NCBI GenBank assembly: GCA_963766735.1
Contig: CAVYBU010000017.1
Span: forward strand, 32,001-96,000
Direction of reading: 5' to 3'
Length of the DNA stretch: 64,000 bases
From: an uncultured Chloroflexia bacterium
GTDB taxonomy: Bacteria > Chloroflexota > Limnocylindria > Limnocylindrales > CSP1-4
Below are positions 49,037 through 63,212 of this stretch, in pieces. Position 1 is the stretch's first letter, and every line of letters starts with the position of its first letter. A program made the translations under genes and the position numbers. The notes beneath the pieces were generated by a model. The model did not search any database. It saw only the letters and a program-made list of their open reading frames with translations, and was not told the DNA's origin.

Positions 49037-49121
49037 TCGGTCGCCGCCGGAGGCCTGCCTGGACGCCGCCGAAGACCCGTTTCGGTCGCCGCCGGAGGCC
49101 GGGAAGCCGCCGCCGGAGGCC
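49037..49121. repeat. Three copies of CGCCGCCGGAGGCC in an intergenic spacer
   Basis: tcggtcgccgccggaggcc at 49037-49055 and 49082-49100; gaagccgccgccggaggcc at 49103-49121. Confidence 0.75.
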
Positions 49122-50857
49122 TAGAAGCCGCCGCCCGAACCTCCACCACCGCCGCCTGAGCTCCCGCCGGAGAACCCGCCGCCGCCCGATCCCGAACCGG
49201 AGCCCGACGAAGCCGGCGAGTTCCCGATCGTGCCCAGCGCGGCCATCATCCCGCCGAAGTTCGGGATCGGCGAGCTGCCCATCAGGCCGGGCGCCCAGCC
49301 CCCGCCCCTGCCAACCGCGTCGGAGCCGGAACCGCCCGCCTGGTACCACGTTGGCATGTAGTAGCCGGATCCTCCCGCCTGCATGTCCTCCGCGGATCGC
49401 GCCAGCACGCGCTCGACCTCGTCCTGGAGACCGAGGGCCACGCCCCATGCCACCGCATCGTCGGGGCTCTCGATCAGGGGGATCGCAGACTCGGCGACGA
49501 CCTGTCCCATCGACCGGGCCTGGGCCATGGTCTTCTCCAGCGTCCGCCGGTAGGCCTCGAGCATCGCCCGGATGACTGCGCCGGCCTGGGTGCGCGTTGG
49601 CATGGCGACCGAGATCGCGAGCACGGCGATCCCCGAACCAACGAGCGACACGCCGAGCAGCAGGGCACCACTTGACGGCAGGTTGGCGCCGAGGATGAAG
49701 GTCGCGACCCCGGCAAACAGGGCCAGCCCGCCGCGACGCGCCCAGCGCATGGTGGAGAGCGACGGCCGCTCCCGGTACCACCCCTGCTGGACCAGGTGGG
49801 CCTCCAGGAGGCTGTTGAACTTGGGCACCGACGCGCCGAGCTCCGTGATCCGATCGGGCTCGATGTACGTCGCCCCGCCCCCCAGCGCGGTCAGACGGCT
49901 TCGCAGGTACGTCGTCGCGGGGTCCATCGGCCGCCGTCGCGCGCGCAGCATCCGTGCCTGCTCCGCCTCGTTGCGCGAGACGATCTCTCCGGTGAGGATG
50001 CCGATCTCCGGCCTGCTCCCGAACACGCTGGCCTGCTCCGTGCGGAAGCCCGCCAACCCGCGCACCGCGAGGTCCAGGCTTGCAGCGGTGAGGGACCGGC
50101 GTCCCACGCCGCCCTCGCGGACCGCGGCGGCCGCGGCCGGCGTCAGGCCGGGGGGCGGGGCCGGCATCAGGATCGAGGGGTCGTCCAGGTAGACCGGGTC
50201 GCGGCCCTCGCGGTACCAGCGGAGCAGCGACCAGCCCACGATCAGCAGGACGACCAGCGGCGCGACGACCAGGCCGATGATGGCGTTCGCCTGGCGCGCC
50301 GTTTCCAGTGCGCGCGCGTGCTCCGGTGAGGCGGCGTCGTCGACCTTGTCCATGGCCGCCAGCAGCGCGCCATCCAGGTCGCAGTCCCGCAGGTGCGGGA
50401 GCATGTCGTCCTCGAAGATTGCCTGCCGTTCCTCGTTGCTGAGGAACGTGGCACGGAAGCCCGGACCGGCGTAGAGCTGGACCTGCCCGTGGCACGGGTC
50501 GTTCTCGTGGAGGTCGAACAGGATGACCAGTCCGTCGTCGATGCCCTCGCGGCCGACGCCCCACTGGTCCATGAGGGCGATGGCGTCCGCCTCCGCCTCA
50601 GACTCGGTGACGCCGTTGGGCACGAGCTGGGTGTAGACGACAACTTCGGCGCCGGTCCGGTTCTCGATGGCATCGATCGTCGCTTCGACGCGTTCCTTGA
50701 CCGTGGCCGAGAGGACCTCCGCCGTGTCGTAGACAGCCTGATTGGTGACGGGAGACGGGAACGGCGGGCCCGCGGCGAGGATGCCGGGGACGAACGCGAG
50801 GGTGGCGATCGCCAGCGCGGCGGCGGCCGAGAGCGCGCGTTGGACGCGAGGAAACAT
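49121..50857 (-). CDS. TPM domain + DUF2207-like membrane protein with Gly-rich tail
   Basis: VYDTAEVLS...WGVGREGIDDGLVIL (TPM), ASLDLAVRG, AVAWGVALGL, GGGFSGGSSGGGGGGSGGGF. Confidence 0.8.
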   Translation of the reverse strand: MFPRVQRALSAAAALAIATLAFVPGILAAGPPFPSPVTNQAVYDTAEVLSATVKERVEATIDAIENRTGAEVVVYTQLVPNGVTESEAEADAIALMDQWGVGREGIDDGLVILFDLHENDPCHGQVQLYAGPGFRATFLSNEERQAIFEDDMLPHLRDCDLDGALLAAMDKVDDAASPEHARALETARQANAIIGLVVAPLVVLLIVGWSLLRWYREGRDPVYLDDPSILMPAPPPGLTPAAAAAVREGGVGRRSLTAASLDLAVRGLAGFRTEQASVFGSRPEIGILTGEIVSRNEAEQARMLRARRRPMDPATTYLRSRLTALGGGATYIEPDRITELGASVPKFNSLLEAHLVQQGWYRERPSLSTMRWARRGGLALFAGVATFILGANLPSSGALLLGVSLVGSGIAVLAISVAMPTRTQAGAVIRAMLEAYRRTLEKTMAQARSMGQVVAESAIPLIESPDDAVAWGVALGLQDEVERVLARSAEDMQAGGSGYYMPTWYQAGGSGSDAVGRGGGWAPGLMGSSPIPNFGGMMAALGTIGNSPASSGSGSGSGGGGFSGGSSGGGGGGSGGGF

Positions 50858-50925
50858 CAACGGAGCCGGCCGCGCGTGCTGCACGGTTCAACGATACGCG
50901 ACCGGGTGTCCCCTCGGACGGTGGT

Positions 50926-52237
50926 TCAGGTGCCGGGGACCCGACCGCGGCGGCGGCCGAGCACCAGTCGCCCATCGGCCTCCAGCATGACCTGTGCTGC
51001 TGCCGGGCGCCCGTTGTAGGTCATCGCCATGGAGGCGGCGTACGCGCCGGCGTCGGCGATCGCGACCAGGTCGCCGCGGCGGAGCGGCGGCAGGTCGTGG
51101 GCACCGAACGTATCGGTGCTCTCGCAGACCGGGCCGTCCACGCGAGTCCGGGCCGGTGAGGGGACTCGATTCGGGGTAGCGGCAGGGGGCCGGGCCTGGG
51201 TCTCCGGGTCGGTCACCGGGAGCCCGAGCGAGGTCAGTGCCGTGATCCGATGCCACGCCCCGTACATGGCCGGCCGGACCAGCTCCGTCATGCCCGCGTC
51301 CAGGACCACGATGCGGACCGAGCCCCCCTCGGCGCCCTCGCGCTCCCGCACGTGCAGCACGCTCGCGATCAGCCACCCTGCCCGCGCGACCAGGAACCGC
51401 CCGGGCTCCACGGCCAGCCGTCGCGGCCTCCGCTCTGCCGGCACCGCCTCCAGGAGCGGCGCCACCTCGCGGGCGAACCGCGCCGGCGAGGGCACCGCCC
51501 CGGGCTCGCCCACCGGGAAGCCGCCGCCCACGTCGAGCGTGTCGAAGTCCGGCCGGCCTGCCCCGACCAGCGCCAGCACCGCGAGCCCACGCCGTACCGC
51601 GTCCCGCCACGCGTCCACCGCTCCCAGCTGCGAGCCCACGTGGAGATGCACGCCGCGCGCCCGGAGGGGTCCGTCGGCGGGCAGGCCCGCGGCGGCGCCG
51701 TGTCAGCTCCGTCTCCGTCATCCCGAACTTGGACGCCCCGCGACCGACGGCCAGCCCCGCGTGCGTCTCCGGATGCACGTCCGGGTTCAGCCGGAGCAGC
51801 ACGTCCAGCGGCGGGCGCCCGTCCCGCCCGAGTCCCGCCCGCGAGGCGAGGACGGCAAGATCGGCAAGCTCCTCCGGGCTCTCAACGGCGATCCACCGCA
51901 GCGGCTCACCCTCCGCCGAAGCCCGCACCGCCGCTCGCAGGTCGGCCCGCGACTTGCCCACGCCCTCCAGGGTGATCCGCTCGTTCGGGATGCCGGCCCG
52001 CCGCGCGGCGGCCCACTCGCCCGAGGCGACCACATTGGCGTCCAGCCCCGCGGCGGCAAGCCGTGCGACCACGGCCGGCACGTCGTTCGCCTTGAGCGAG
52101 AACGCGCGCAGCCACGGATCCGGGAAGGCACTCCTCAGCTCGGCCGCAGCCTCGTCGAGCGCTGCCGCGGACGTCACGTACGACGGCGTCCCGAAGCGCC
52201 GGGCCGCGCCCCGGAGGACATCCGCCGGGACGGCCAA
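50926..52237 (-). CDS. lysA: Diaminopimelate decarboxylase; apparent frameshift at ~51700
   Basis: FGTPSYV, FSLKAN (PLP Lys), SKFG; then in another frame HLHVGSQ, DVGGGF, EPGRFLV, GPVCESTD, AGAY. Confidence 0.85.
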
Positions 52238-52241
52238 CGGG

Positions 52242-52637
52242 TCAGTCCTTGACGACCAGCCCGACGACGGCCGAGAGGATCCCCAGCAGGACGGATGCGA
52301 CCACCGCCCCCACGATCGTGTCGGCCGTGAATCCGCCCGCGGGCCAGCCACCGATCGTGAAGTCCAGCTTCGCGAAGTTGTCGGCCACGAAGGCCACGGC
52401 GAGCAGCAGGCCGGCGTTGATCGCGATCCCGGCGAGACCGAGGGTCATCAGCGAGATCGGGAAGGACAGGATCTTCACGATCGGCTTGATGACCGCGTTG
52501 ACGACGCCGACCATGGCGGCCAGCAGCGCGAGCTGCCAGGTTTCGCCCGAGAAGCTGATCATCGAGGCCGGGAGAACGTTGATCAGGATCACGAAGGCGA
52601 TCGCCGAGGCCAGGATCCCGAGGATGAAACCCTTCAT
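52242..52637 (-). CDS. 4-TMS phage-holin-family membrane protein (YvlD-like)
   Basis: VNAVIKPIVKILSFPISLMTLGL...INA; GGAGG RBS. Confidence 0.85.
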   Translation of the reverse strand: MKGFILGILASAIAFVILINVLPASMISFSGETWQLALLAAMVGVVNAVIKPIVKILSFPISLMTLGLAGIAINAGLLLAVAFVADNFAKLDFTIGGWPAGGFTADTIVGAVVASVLLGILSAVVGLVVKD

Positions 52638-54286
52638 GCCAGCTCCTCCGAGCGATGGACGATGCGGCCGCCAAGGACCGTCAGGCGGACGCTGGTGCCG
52701 ATGATCGCAGATGGACCGTCGGCGAGCAGGTCACGATCGAGGACGATGACGTCCCCGTCCATGCCCGGGGCCAACCGGCCGCGCCGATGGTCCGCGTGGG
52801 CGGCGAACGCGGAGCCGCCCGTGTACGTGTCCAGCGCCTGCTCGAGCGACAGGCGCTCGCCCGGGAGCCAGCCGCCAGCCGGTTCGCCATCCGTGGTCTG
52901 GCGGTTGACGGCGTTGTTGAGGGCGATGAACGGATCGTAGGGGACCACGGGCCAGTCCGAGCCGAAGGCGAGCCTCCCGCCGGCGTCGCGGATGGACCGC
53001 CATGCCCACGCGCGGCTTGCCCGGTCGGGCCCGATGTTCCCGGCCCAGACCGAGATCTGGTTCGGCGAGGGGTCGCCGTGATAGGGCTGCATCGAGGCCA
53101 CCACGCCAAGGTCGGCGAAGCGGGGGATGTCCGCCGGGTCGATCGTCTCGATGTGCTCGACGCGGTGACGTCGCTGGTGGGTGCCGGGCGCGGCGCCGCG
53201 CCCGTGCGGGTCGCCGGTCCAGGGCCCGCTCGCGGCCGCCGCGTGCTCGAAGGCGTCCAGCGCCAGCCGCACCCCGCGGTCGCCGATCGCGTGCGCCTCG
53301 ACCTGCCAGCCCCGGCGGTCCGCCTCGGCCGTGAAGGCATCGAGATCGGCAGGCTCCCAGGCCGGCAGGCCCGCGTCCGTGTCGTCCTCGTAGGGCGCCA
53401 GCATCGAGGCGGTCCGGGCCTCGATCACGCCGTCCACGAAGGTCTTGAGGATGCCGCTGTCGAGGTAGTCGCCGCCCCGCATGGGAAAGGCGAGCGCCTC
53501 GTAGGCATCGAGGCGGTCTCGCCACTCGGCCAGGGTCTGCCCGGGCGCCATGATCAGCGCACCGCGGAAGCGGAGCGCCAGCTCGCCGTCTGCATGGACC
53601 CGGCTCCAGAACGCGAGCTCGTCCGGCTCCAGCCAGGCGTCCTGCGCCGCCGTGATGCCCACCGCGTGCAGGCCGGCGAGGGCCCGCCGGACGGACGCCC
53701 GGTCCTCGGCCTCGGTGGGGACGGGGATGAAGCGCTCGACAAGCAGCTGTGCCTCTTCCTTGAGCGCGCCGGTGGGCTCGCCGTCCCCGTCCCTGACGAT
53801 GACCCCGTTGGGCGGGTCCGGGGTCTCTCTCGTGATCCCCGCGAGGCGCAGGGCGACGGTGTTCACCCAGCCGGTATGGCCGTCGTAGCAGCCCATGTAG
53901 GCGGGCCTGTCCGGGACAACCTGGTCCAGGATCTCTCGCGTGGGGAGGCCACCGGGAAACGGCGCGTAGAGCCAACCGCGGCCCTCCACCCACTCGCGCT
54001 CGCGCGTGGCCGCAGCGTGGGCCGCGATGACGGCCTGGACGGCTTCGACGGTCTGGAGCGGGAAGAGCTGGGCCTGATCAAGCTGACGGGCGCCGCCCCG
54101 GAGGTGGATGTGGGCGTCGTCGAAGCCCGGCAGGACCAGGCCGCCGCGGGCGTCGATGACCTCGCCCGCCCGTCCGACCACAGCTTCCCGGCCGACGGCG
54201 GCTATCCGCCCCGCCTCGATGCGGACTGCCGTGGCGCCGGGGCTGCCGAACACATTGCCGTTGATGATCGTGACGTCGGTGCGCAT
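52634..54286 (-). CDS. Amidohydrolase 3 family (YtcJ-like)
   Basis: PGFDDAHIH, GHTGWVNT, KTFVDG, HAIGDRG, RVEHIE, GSDWPV. Confidence 0.92.
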   Translation of the reverse strand: MRTDVTIINGNVFGSPGATAVRIEAGRIAAVGREAVVGRAGEVIDARGGLVLPGFDDAHIHLRGGARQLDQAQLFPLQTVEAVQAVIAAHAAATREREWVEGRGWLYAPFPGGLPTREILDQVVPDRPAYMGCYDGHTGWVNTVALRLAGITRETPDPPNGVIVRDGDGEPTGALKEEAQLLVERFIPVPTEAEDRASVRRALAGLHAVGITAAQDAWLEPDELAFWSRVHADGELALRFRGALIMAPGQTLAEWRDRLDAYEALAFPMRGGDYLDSGILKTFVDGVIEARTASMLAPYEDDTDAGLPAWEPADLDAFTAEADRRGWQVEAHAIGDRGVRLALDAFEHAAAASGPWTGDPHGRGAAPGTHQRRHRVEHIETIDPADIPRFADLGVVASMQPYHGDPSPNQISVWAGNIGPDRASRAWAWRSIRDAGGRLAFGSDWPVVPYDPFIALNNAVNRQTTDGEPAGGWLPGERLSLEQALDTYTGGSAFAAHADHRRGRLAPGMDGDVIVLDRDLLADGPSAIIGTSVRLTVLGGRIVHRSEELA

Positions 54287-54521
54287 CGGCCGAGTCTACG
54301 CGGGCGCCGGTGGCTGGGTCCGCCTACGCAGCACCGGTGACGGGTTTCGGCATTCGTTGGTCTCACGGGAGCGGACTCCTCAGGCCTCGATGCGATGCCG
54401 CAGTGACCGTCGCATGGCCGGCATGGAGCACCCCGAACGAGATCCACAATCCCTGTCCCGGCGCCGGTGGCCAGTGTGGGCGATAGACTCGATCGGACTC
54501 ACCCCACCTGGAGACGCCACC

Positions 54522-56285
54522 GTGACCGCGTTCGCCGACCTCGTCGCCGCGCTCATCGACGAGCTGTTCGTCCTCCAGCCGGATCTCGCCACCGCAGTCG
54601 GCGACCATCGCCACGACGAGCGCTGGCCGGACTTCACGGAGACGGGCCGTCAGGCACGGCTCGCGTTCATCGATCGCTGGGGTGCGGAGCTGGATGCCCT
54701 CGACGCGGCATCGCTGTCCCCTGGCGAGCGGATCGATCGCGACATGCTGTTGGGCGAACTTGCCGAGTTCCGGTTCAACCAGGAGGAGCTGCGCGAGGAG
54801 ACGTGGAACCCGATGGCGTGGGTCTACGTGCTCGGCGGGGGAATTCACCCGCTGCTCGCCCGCGAGTTCGCGCCGCTCCACGTCCGCCTCGCGTCCGTGG
54901 CCGGGCGCCTGGAGGGTGTGCCGCGTGTCATCGCCACGGCACGCGAGGTGATGGGGACACACCCCGACCGGCCGGTCGCCCAGCTGATGGCGGAGGTGGC
55001 GGCCAGGCGCATCGGCGGCATCTCGGCGCTTGCCCGGACCGCCGTCGAAGCAGGCGACGCGGCCGAGGCGTCCGGCGATGTCGCGGTGGCCGCCGTCATG
55101 CCACGGCTCCGGGCCGCGGCGGCAACGGCAACGGCTTCCATCGATGTGATCGCGACGCACCTGGCCGAGGTGGTCGCGCCGAACACGCGTGGCAGCGTGC
55201 TGCTTGGACCGGACCTGTTTGCGCGGAAGCTGCGCCACACGATGCGGGATCCCGAGGTCACGCCCGAGGCAGTCCTCGAGCGCGCGGAGCGCGAGTACGG
55301 CGCGGTGCGCGCGGAGATGGTCCGGATCGCGAGCGCCATCTGGGACGAGTGGCGACCAGGCGATGCGCGGCCCGAGGATGACGGCGCCATGGTGCGCGGC
55401 GTGCTCGACGCGATCGCCGACGACCACCCGGCCGCAGACGAGCTCGTGGCATGGTCGCGCGACGAGCTGACCCGGGTTGAGGCGTTCTGCCGCGCGCACG
55501 ACGTCATCGGCCTCGTTGACGAGCCGCTCGACATCGACTGGACGCCGGAGTTCATGCGCTCGTTCGGCGGCGCGATGCTCGACTCACCCGGGCCGCTGGA
55601 CCAGGGCCAGAAGTCGTTCTTCTCGATCACCCCGGTCCCCAGGGACTGGCCGCCGGACCAGCAGGAGTCGTACCTGCGCGAGATGAACACCCGCCAGATG
55701 CAGCTCCTGGTGATCCACGAGGCGGTGCCGGGGCACTACCTCCAGGGCGCGTACGCGAACCATGGCTCGTCGCTCGTCCGGCGGGTCTTCGCGTCGGGGC
55801 TGTTCGCCGAGGGCTGGGCCGTCTACGTCACGCAGGTGATGCTCGACCGGGGTTACTGCGCCGACGACATGGCGCTGTGGCTCAGCCACTGGAAGTTCTA
55901 CTTGCGCTGTGTGACCAACGCGATCATCGACGTCCGGATCCACACGCAGGGCATGACCAGCGACGAGGCGATCGACTTCATGGTCGAGGGCGGCTTCCAG
56001 GAGCGCGGCGAGGCGATCGCGAAGGACGAGCGCGCCCGGCTGTCGTCGACTCAGCTCTCCACCTACTTCCTGGGCTCGCTGGGGATGTGGGACATCGAGG
56101 ATGCCGCGCGTCGGCGCGCAGCCGTGGCCGCCGGCGCGGGCGAGGACGCGGTTCCGGCTCCACGCGTGGTGGGCGGCTACCCGGCCACGCCGGGCTTCGA
56201 CGAGCGCGCCCACCTCGAGGCGGCCATCGCGCATGGCGCGCCGCCCATCCCGATCCTGCGACGGATCCTGCTGGGCGAGGGCTGA
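54522..56285 (+). CDS. DUF885 family protein (zincin-like)
   Basis: ATAVGDHRHD, IHEAVPGHYLQ, FAEGWAVY, QLSTYFLG. Confidence 0.9.
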   Translation: MTAFADLVAALIDELFVLQPDLATAVGDHRHDERWPDFTETGRQARLAFIDRWGAELDALDAASLSPGERIDRDMLLGELAEFRFNQEELREETWNPMAWVYVLGGGIHPLLAREFAPLHVRLASVAGRLEGVPRVIATAREVMGTHPDRPVAQLMAEVAARRIGGISALARTAVEAGDAAEASGDVAVAAVMPRLRAAAATATASIDVIATHLAEVVAPNTRGSVLLGPDLFARKLRHTMRDPEVTPEAVLERAEREYGAVRAEMVRIASAIWDEWRPGDARPEDDGAMVRGVLDAIADDHPAADELVAWSRDELTRVEAFCRAHDVIGLVDEPLDIDWTPEFMRSFGGAMLDSPGPLDQGQKSFFSITPVPRDWPPDQQESYLREMNTRQMQLLVIHEAVPGHYLQGAYANHGSSLVRRVFASGLFAEGWAVYVTQVMLDRGYCADDMALWLSHWKFYLRCVTNAIIDVRIHTQGMTSDEAIDFMVEGGFQERGEAIAKDERARLSSTQLSTYFLGSLGMWDIEDAARRRAAVAAGAGEDAVPAPRVVGGYPATPGFDERAHLEAAIAHGAPPIPILRRILLGEG

Positions 56286-56352
56286 ACGCGAGCCGCGCCC
56301 AGCGGCCGGTGCCGTTGACGCGCAGGCCGGGCGAGGCCGACACGGACGGGCG

Positions 56353-59300
56353 TCAGTCGGGCTTCTTGCCGCCCTTGCCCTTGCCCTTGGCCTTGGCCCG
56401 ACCCTTCGGCTTGGCGGCGGCCGGGCTCGGGGCCGAGGTCGACGGCCTGGATGCCGGAGCCAGGGCCTCGCGCAGAAGATCCACCCGGTAGTCGGATGTC
56501 GCGACCGCCGCCTCGATCAGGGTCCGGATCCTCCCCGGCCAGCGCGCGGCTCGACCAGTGACCCTGGCCGCGACCATCGCCGAGGCCTGGACCGGCGAGG
56601 AAGCCTGGGCCGGCGTGGCGATCGACTCCAGCCGGTCCGTCCAGTCCAGCAGCTCCGCGAACGACTCACCGTGGAACCAGTCCTCGCCATTCCACTGGTT
56701 GACGCGCAGGAACGGCCGGACCACCGGGTGGAACAGCCACGCGTCCACGAGGTCCGCGGCGATGGTGTCGGCGCTACCCGTGAGCGACGACGGCAGCGGC
56801 AGGTCCAGCAGCACCCGGATGCGCTCCGCTGCCCACCAGGCGGCCGCCTCGTCGAGGGCGACTGATCGCAGGGCGTCCGCCACCACCGGCGCCAGCCGCA
56901 GCTCCTCGTACCAGGCCCGGTTCGTCGGCCCCACCATCGCTCCCTCGGGCAGGGTCCCCAGCGGCGAGAGCAGCGCCCAGACGCCCAGGGCCGCCGCCTG
57001 CGATGCATCCGCGACCCCCGCGGCGACAGGTTCCGCGGATGAGAGGCGCGCGAGGGCCAGGTCCACCACGGGCTCCTGGTCGCCCGCGGTCCCGGTCGCA
57101 TCGGCCACGGCGGCAACCAGCCGCTCGACGGTGTCCCGCGCTGGCGCGAGGATGGCGGTTCGGACCGCGTCGTGGACCGGACCCAGCTGTTGCTCGCGGA
57201 GCGCATCCTCGAGCGACGGCACGCCCCGGCCCGCGAGCCTCTCAGCCAGCCGCCGCCAGATGTGGGCACTGTCGTGCAGCTCGCGGAACTCCCAGAAGAC
57301 GCGCGTGTCGTAGGCATGGAGCGGCAGGTGGAGGCCGTGCTCCCTGATCTCCACGACGGAACGCAGGTACTCGAGCGACGTGCGCTGCTCCCGGAAGGCG
57401 ATCCATCGATCCTCGGCCGCCCCGTCCGCGAGACCCAGCCCCTCGGCCAGCGTCTTCCGCTCCATGTGCTTCGACCCGTCCTCGTCCTTCACCGCGTACG
57501 CGGCCGAGTCCCGGATCCAGCCGGACGTCTCGCCGTACCGGTTGTGGAAGACGACCAGGGATCGTGAGCTGCCGCTCCCGTTGGAGTAGGCGAAGACGTT
57601 CTCGTCCGTGCCCCCGGCATCGTGACCGAAGTCGTAGAGCAGGAAGTCCCGGGCTTCCGCGAAGTCCGCGCGGCGGTGGAGGAGCGGCACGATCTCGCGC
57701 TCGTGGCGGGCGACCAGCCACTCGTCGACGGGCTCGTCCTGGGTCGCCCTGCGGAACTCCATGCCGTACTTCTCGGTGAAGCCCTCGAACTGGCCGTGGC
57801 CGAACATCGGCAGGCCGGGGAGCGTGGCGAGGAGGGTGGCCACGCCGACGTACTTGTCGCCCGTGCCGAACTGCTCGACCGCGGTCTTCTCGTCGGGGTT
57901 GTTCATGAAGTTGACGTACCGCTTGAGGATCTCCGGATCGAACTCCAGGGTCTCCTTGAGGACCTTCCTGTAGCCGGCGTTGTCCTCGTCACGGAGCATG
58001 TGCATGAACGCGCTGTTGTAGACACGGTGCATGCCGAGGGTCCGGACGAAGTAGCCCTCCAGCATCCAGAACGCCTCGGCCAGCAGCAGCGTGTCCGGGA
58101 CCTCCGCCGCAACGCGGTCCACCACTTCGCGCCAGAACTCGGTGGGCATCAGGCGGTCGAAGGCGGCCTTGCGCATGGCGTGCTCGGCCCGCGACGGGAT
58201 GCCGTCGCCGGCGCCGGGCAGCGGCCACCACAGGCGCTGGACGTGCTTCCGGGCAAGGACCATCGCGGCGTCGAAGCGGATGACCGGGAACCGGCGGGCC
58301 ACGTCGAGGATCGTCAGGATGACCTGCTCCCGGACCTCGGCCGAGATGAAGTCGAGCTGCGCCGTGTCGTTCCAGGGGAAGCTGGTGCCGTCGTTGCCGT
58401 GGTAGATGTAGCGCGTCGCCCCCGTCCGGTGATCGTGGTGCTTGAACACGACCGCGGCGTCGGTCGCGTCCCAGTAGTGGTCCTCCAGGACGATCGAACC
58501 ACGCTCGTCGGGCGAGAGGTCTGGTCCGCCGAAGCTGTAGGCGGGGTAGGGCGGCACGGGCACCGACAGGAACCACTCCGGGTGCTCGATCACCCAGCGC
58601 GAGTCGATCCCCATGTGGTTCGGGACCATGTCGCTGGCCAGGCGGATCCCGTGCGACCGCGCACGGTCGCGGAGATTGGCGTACGCGTTCTCGCCGCCAA
58701 GGTCGTCCGCGATCCTGTAGTCGTCGAGCGAGTAGGCCGAGGCGACCGCATCCGGGTTGCCCCGCCGGCGCTTGATGGTCTCCGACGCCACCGAGCGTTG
58801 CCACAGGCCGATGAGCCAGAGCCCCGTCACGCCACGGCGCCGGAGCATGTCAAGCTCCTCGTCCGGGATGGCGTCCAGGGTCCGGATGTCACGCGAGTAG
58901 CGCTTGGAGAGCTGGTCCAGCCAGACGTAGGTGCTCTTGGCGATGAGCACCAGCCGCGGCATCCAGTCGGCGTCGCTGCTGAAGCGCTCGGCCTCGGCCT
59001 CCAGGCCGGTGAACTCCGGGGTCTCGATCGGCGCGCCGTCGCCCCCGGTGCCCCCGAACCGCAGGTGCAGCCCGCGCTCCTCCTCGGCCAGGACGCCGAT
59101 CGCCGTGTCAAGGCGGTCCAGCAGCCCGCCGAGGTCCTCACCAAGGAGGCCCGACCAGTGCTCACGGACGTAGCGCAGCTGGCCGGCCAGGGACGTTGGG
59201 GCGTGGCGCGCCGGTGCCCGCAGCAGCTCGAGGATGCCGGCCGGGCTCTCGCTCGTCCCTTCTGCGTCGGCGTCGACGCCCGCCATCGGCTCTGCCGTGT

Positions 59301-59819
59301 CGAAGAAGGCTTCCAGCTCGGTCAGGGTGGCGGCGTACGATCTCGACCGGACGAGGGGTCGATCGTCGAACAGCTCGCGCAGCGGGTTGGCGGCGGGGTT
59401 CTCGTTGGCGAGGTGCGTCAGGAGCATCTCGCCGACCAGGTTGGCCGGGGCCTCCGGCTCCGGCAGGCGTGCCGGAAACGCATCGGCGAACCGGCCAAGG
59501 GCCCGGTCGGCGTCCGTGCCCAGGTTCGCCCGGACGCGGCCTGCCGCACGAGACCTGGCCTCGGGCGCCGTCGTGGCCTCGTAGCGCTCGACCAGGAGGT
59601 GGGCGACCTCGTGCAACAGGCTGAGCGCGGCGAGGTCGCCAGCCTGCACCGACGGGGAGCCGGGCGGTCGGGCAGCGTTCATCCGGGCCGCGACCACCCG
59701 CGAGGCCGGGCCGTCTGCGAGGCCAACGTCGCCGCGCCTCCCGGTGGGCGCGGCGTCGATCCCATAGCGGGTGACCGCGTGCCGCGCAACCCGGACCGCC
59801 GCAGCCTCCGGACGCTCGT

Positions 59820-59823
<4 letters not shown>
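56353..59823 (-). CDS. Large GH13 alpha-amylase family protein
   Basis: [33 protein letters not shown] (nucleophile), LAEAFW (acid/base), NNPDE. Confidence 0.88.

Positions 59824-63211
<3,388 letters not shown>

Positions 63212-63212
<1 letters not shown>

Noticed and set aside
49037-49121. CRISPR-like array
   Set aside because: Only three short GC-rich copies with irregular spacing and no cas genes; it resembles the adjacent Gly-rich coding tail.
52242-52637. Prophage suggested by a holin-family gene
   Set aside because: This 4-TMS family is commonly chromosomal, and there are no phage genes nearby.
54299-54521. ncRNA in the amidohydrolase/DUF885 divergent spacer
   Set aside because: Only one modest hairpin and no recognisable family motif; explained by two promoters.
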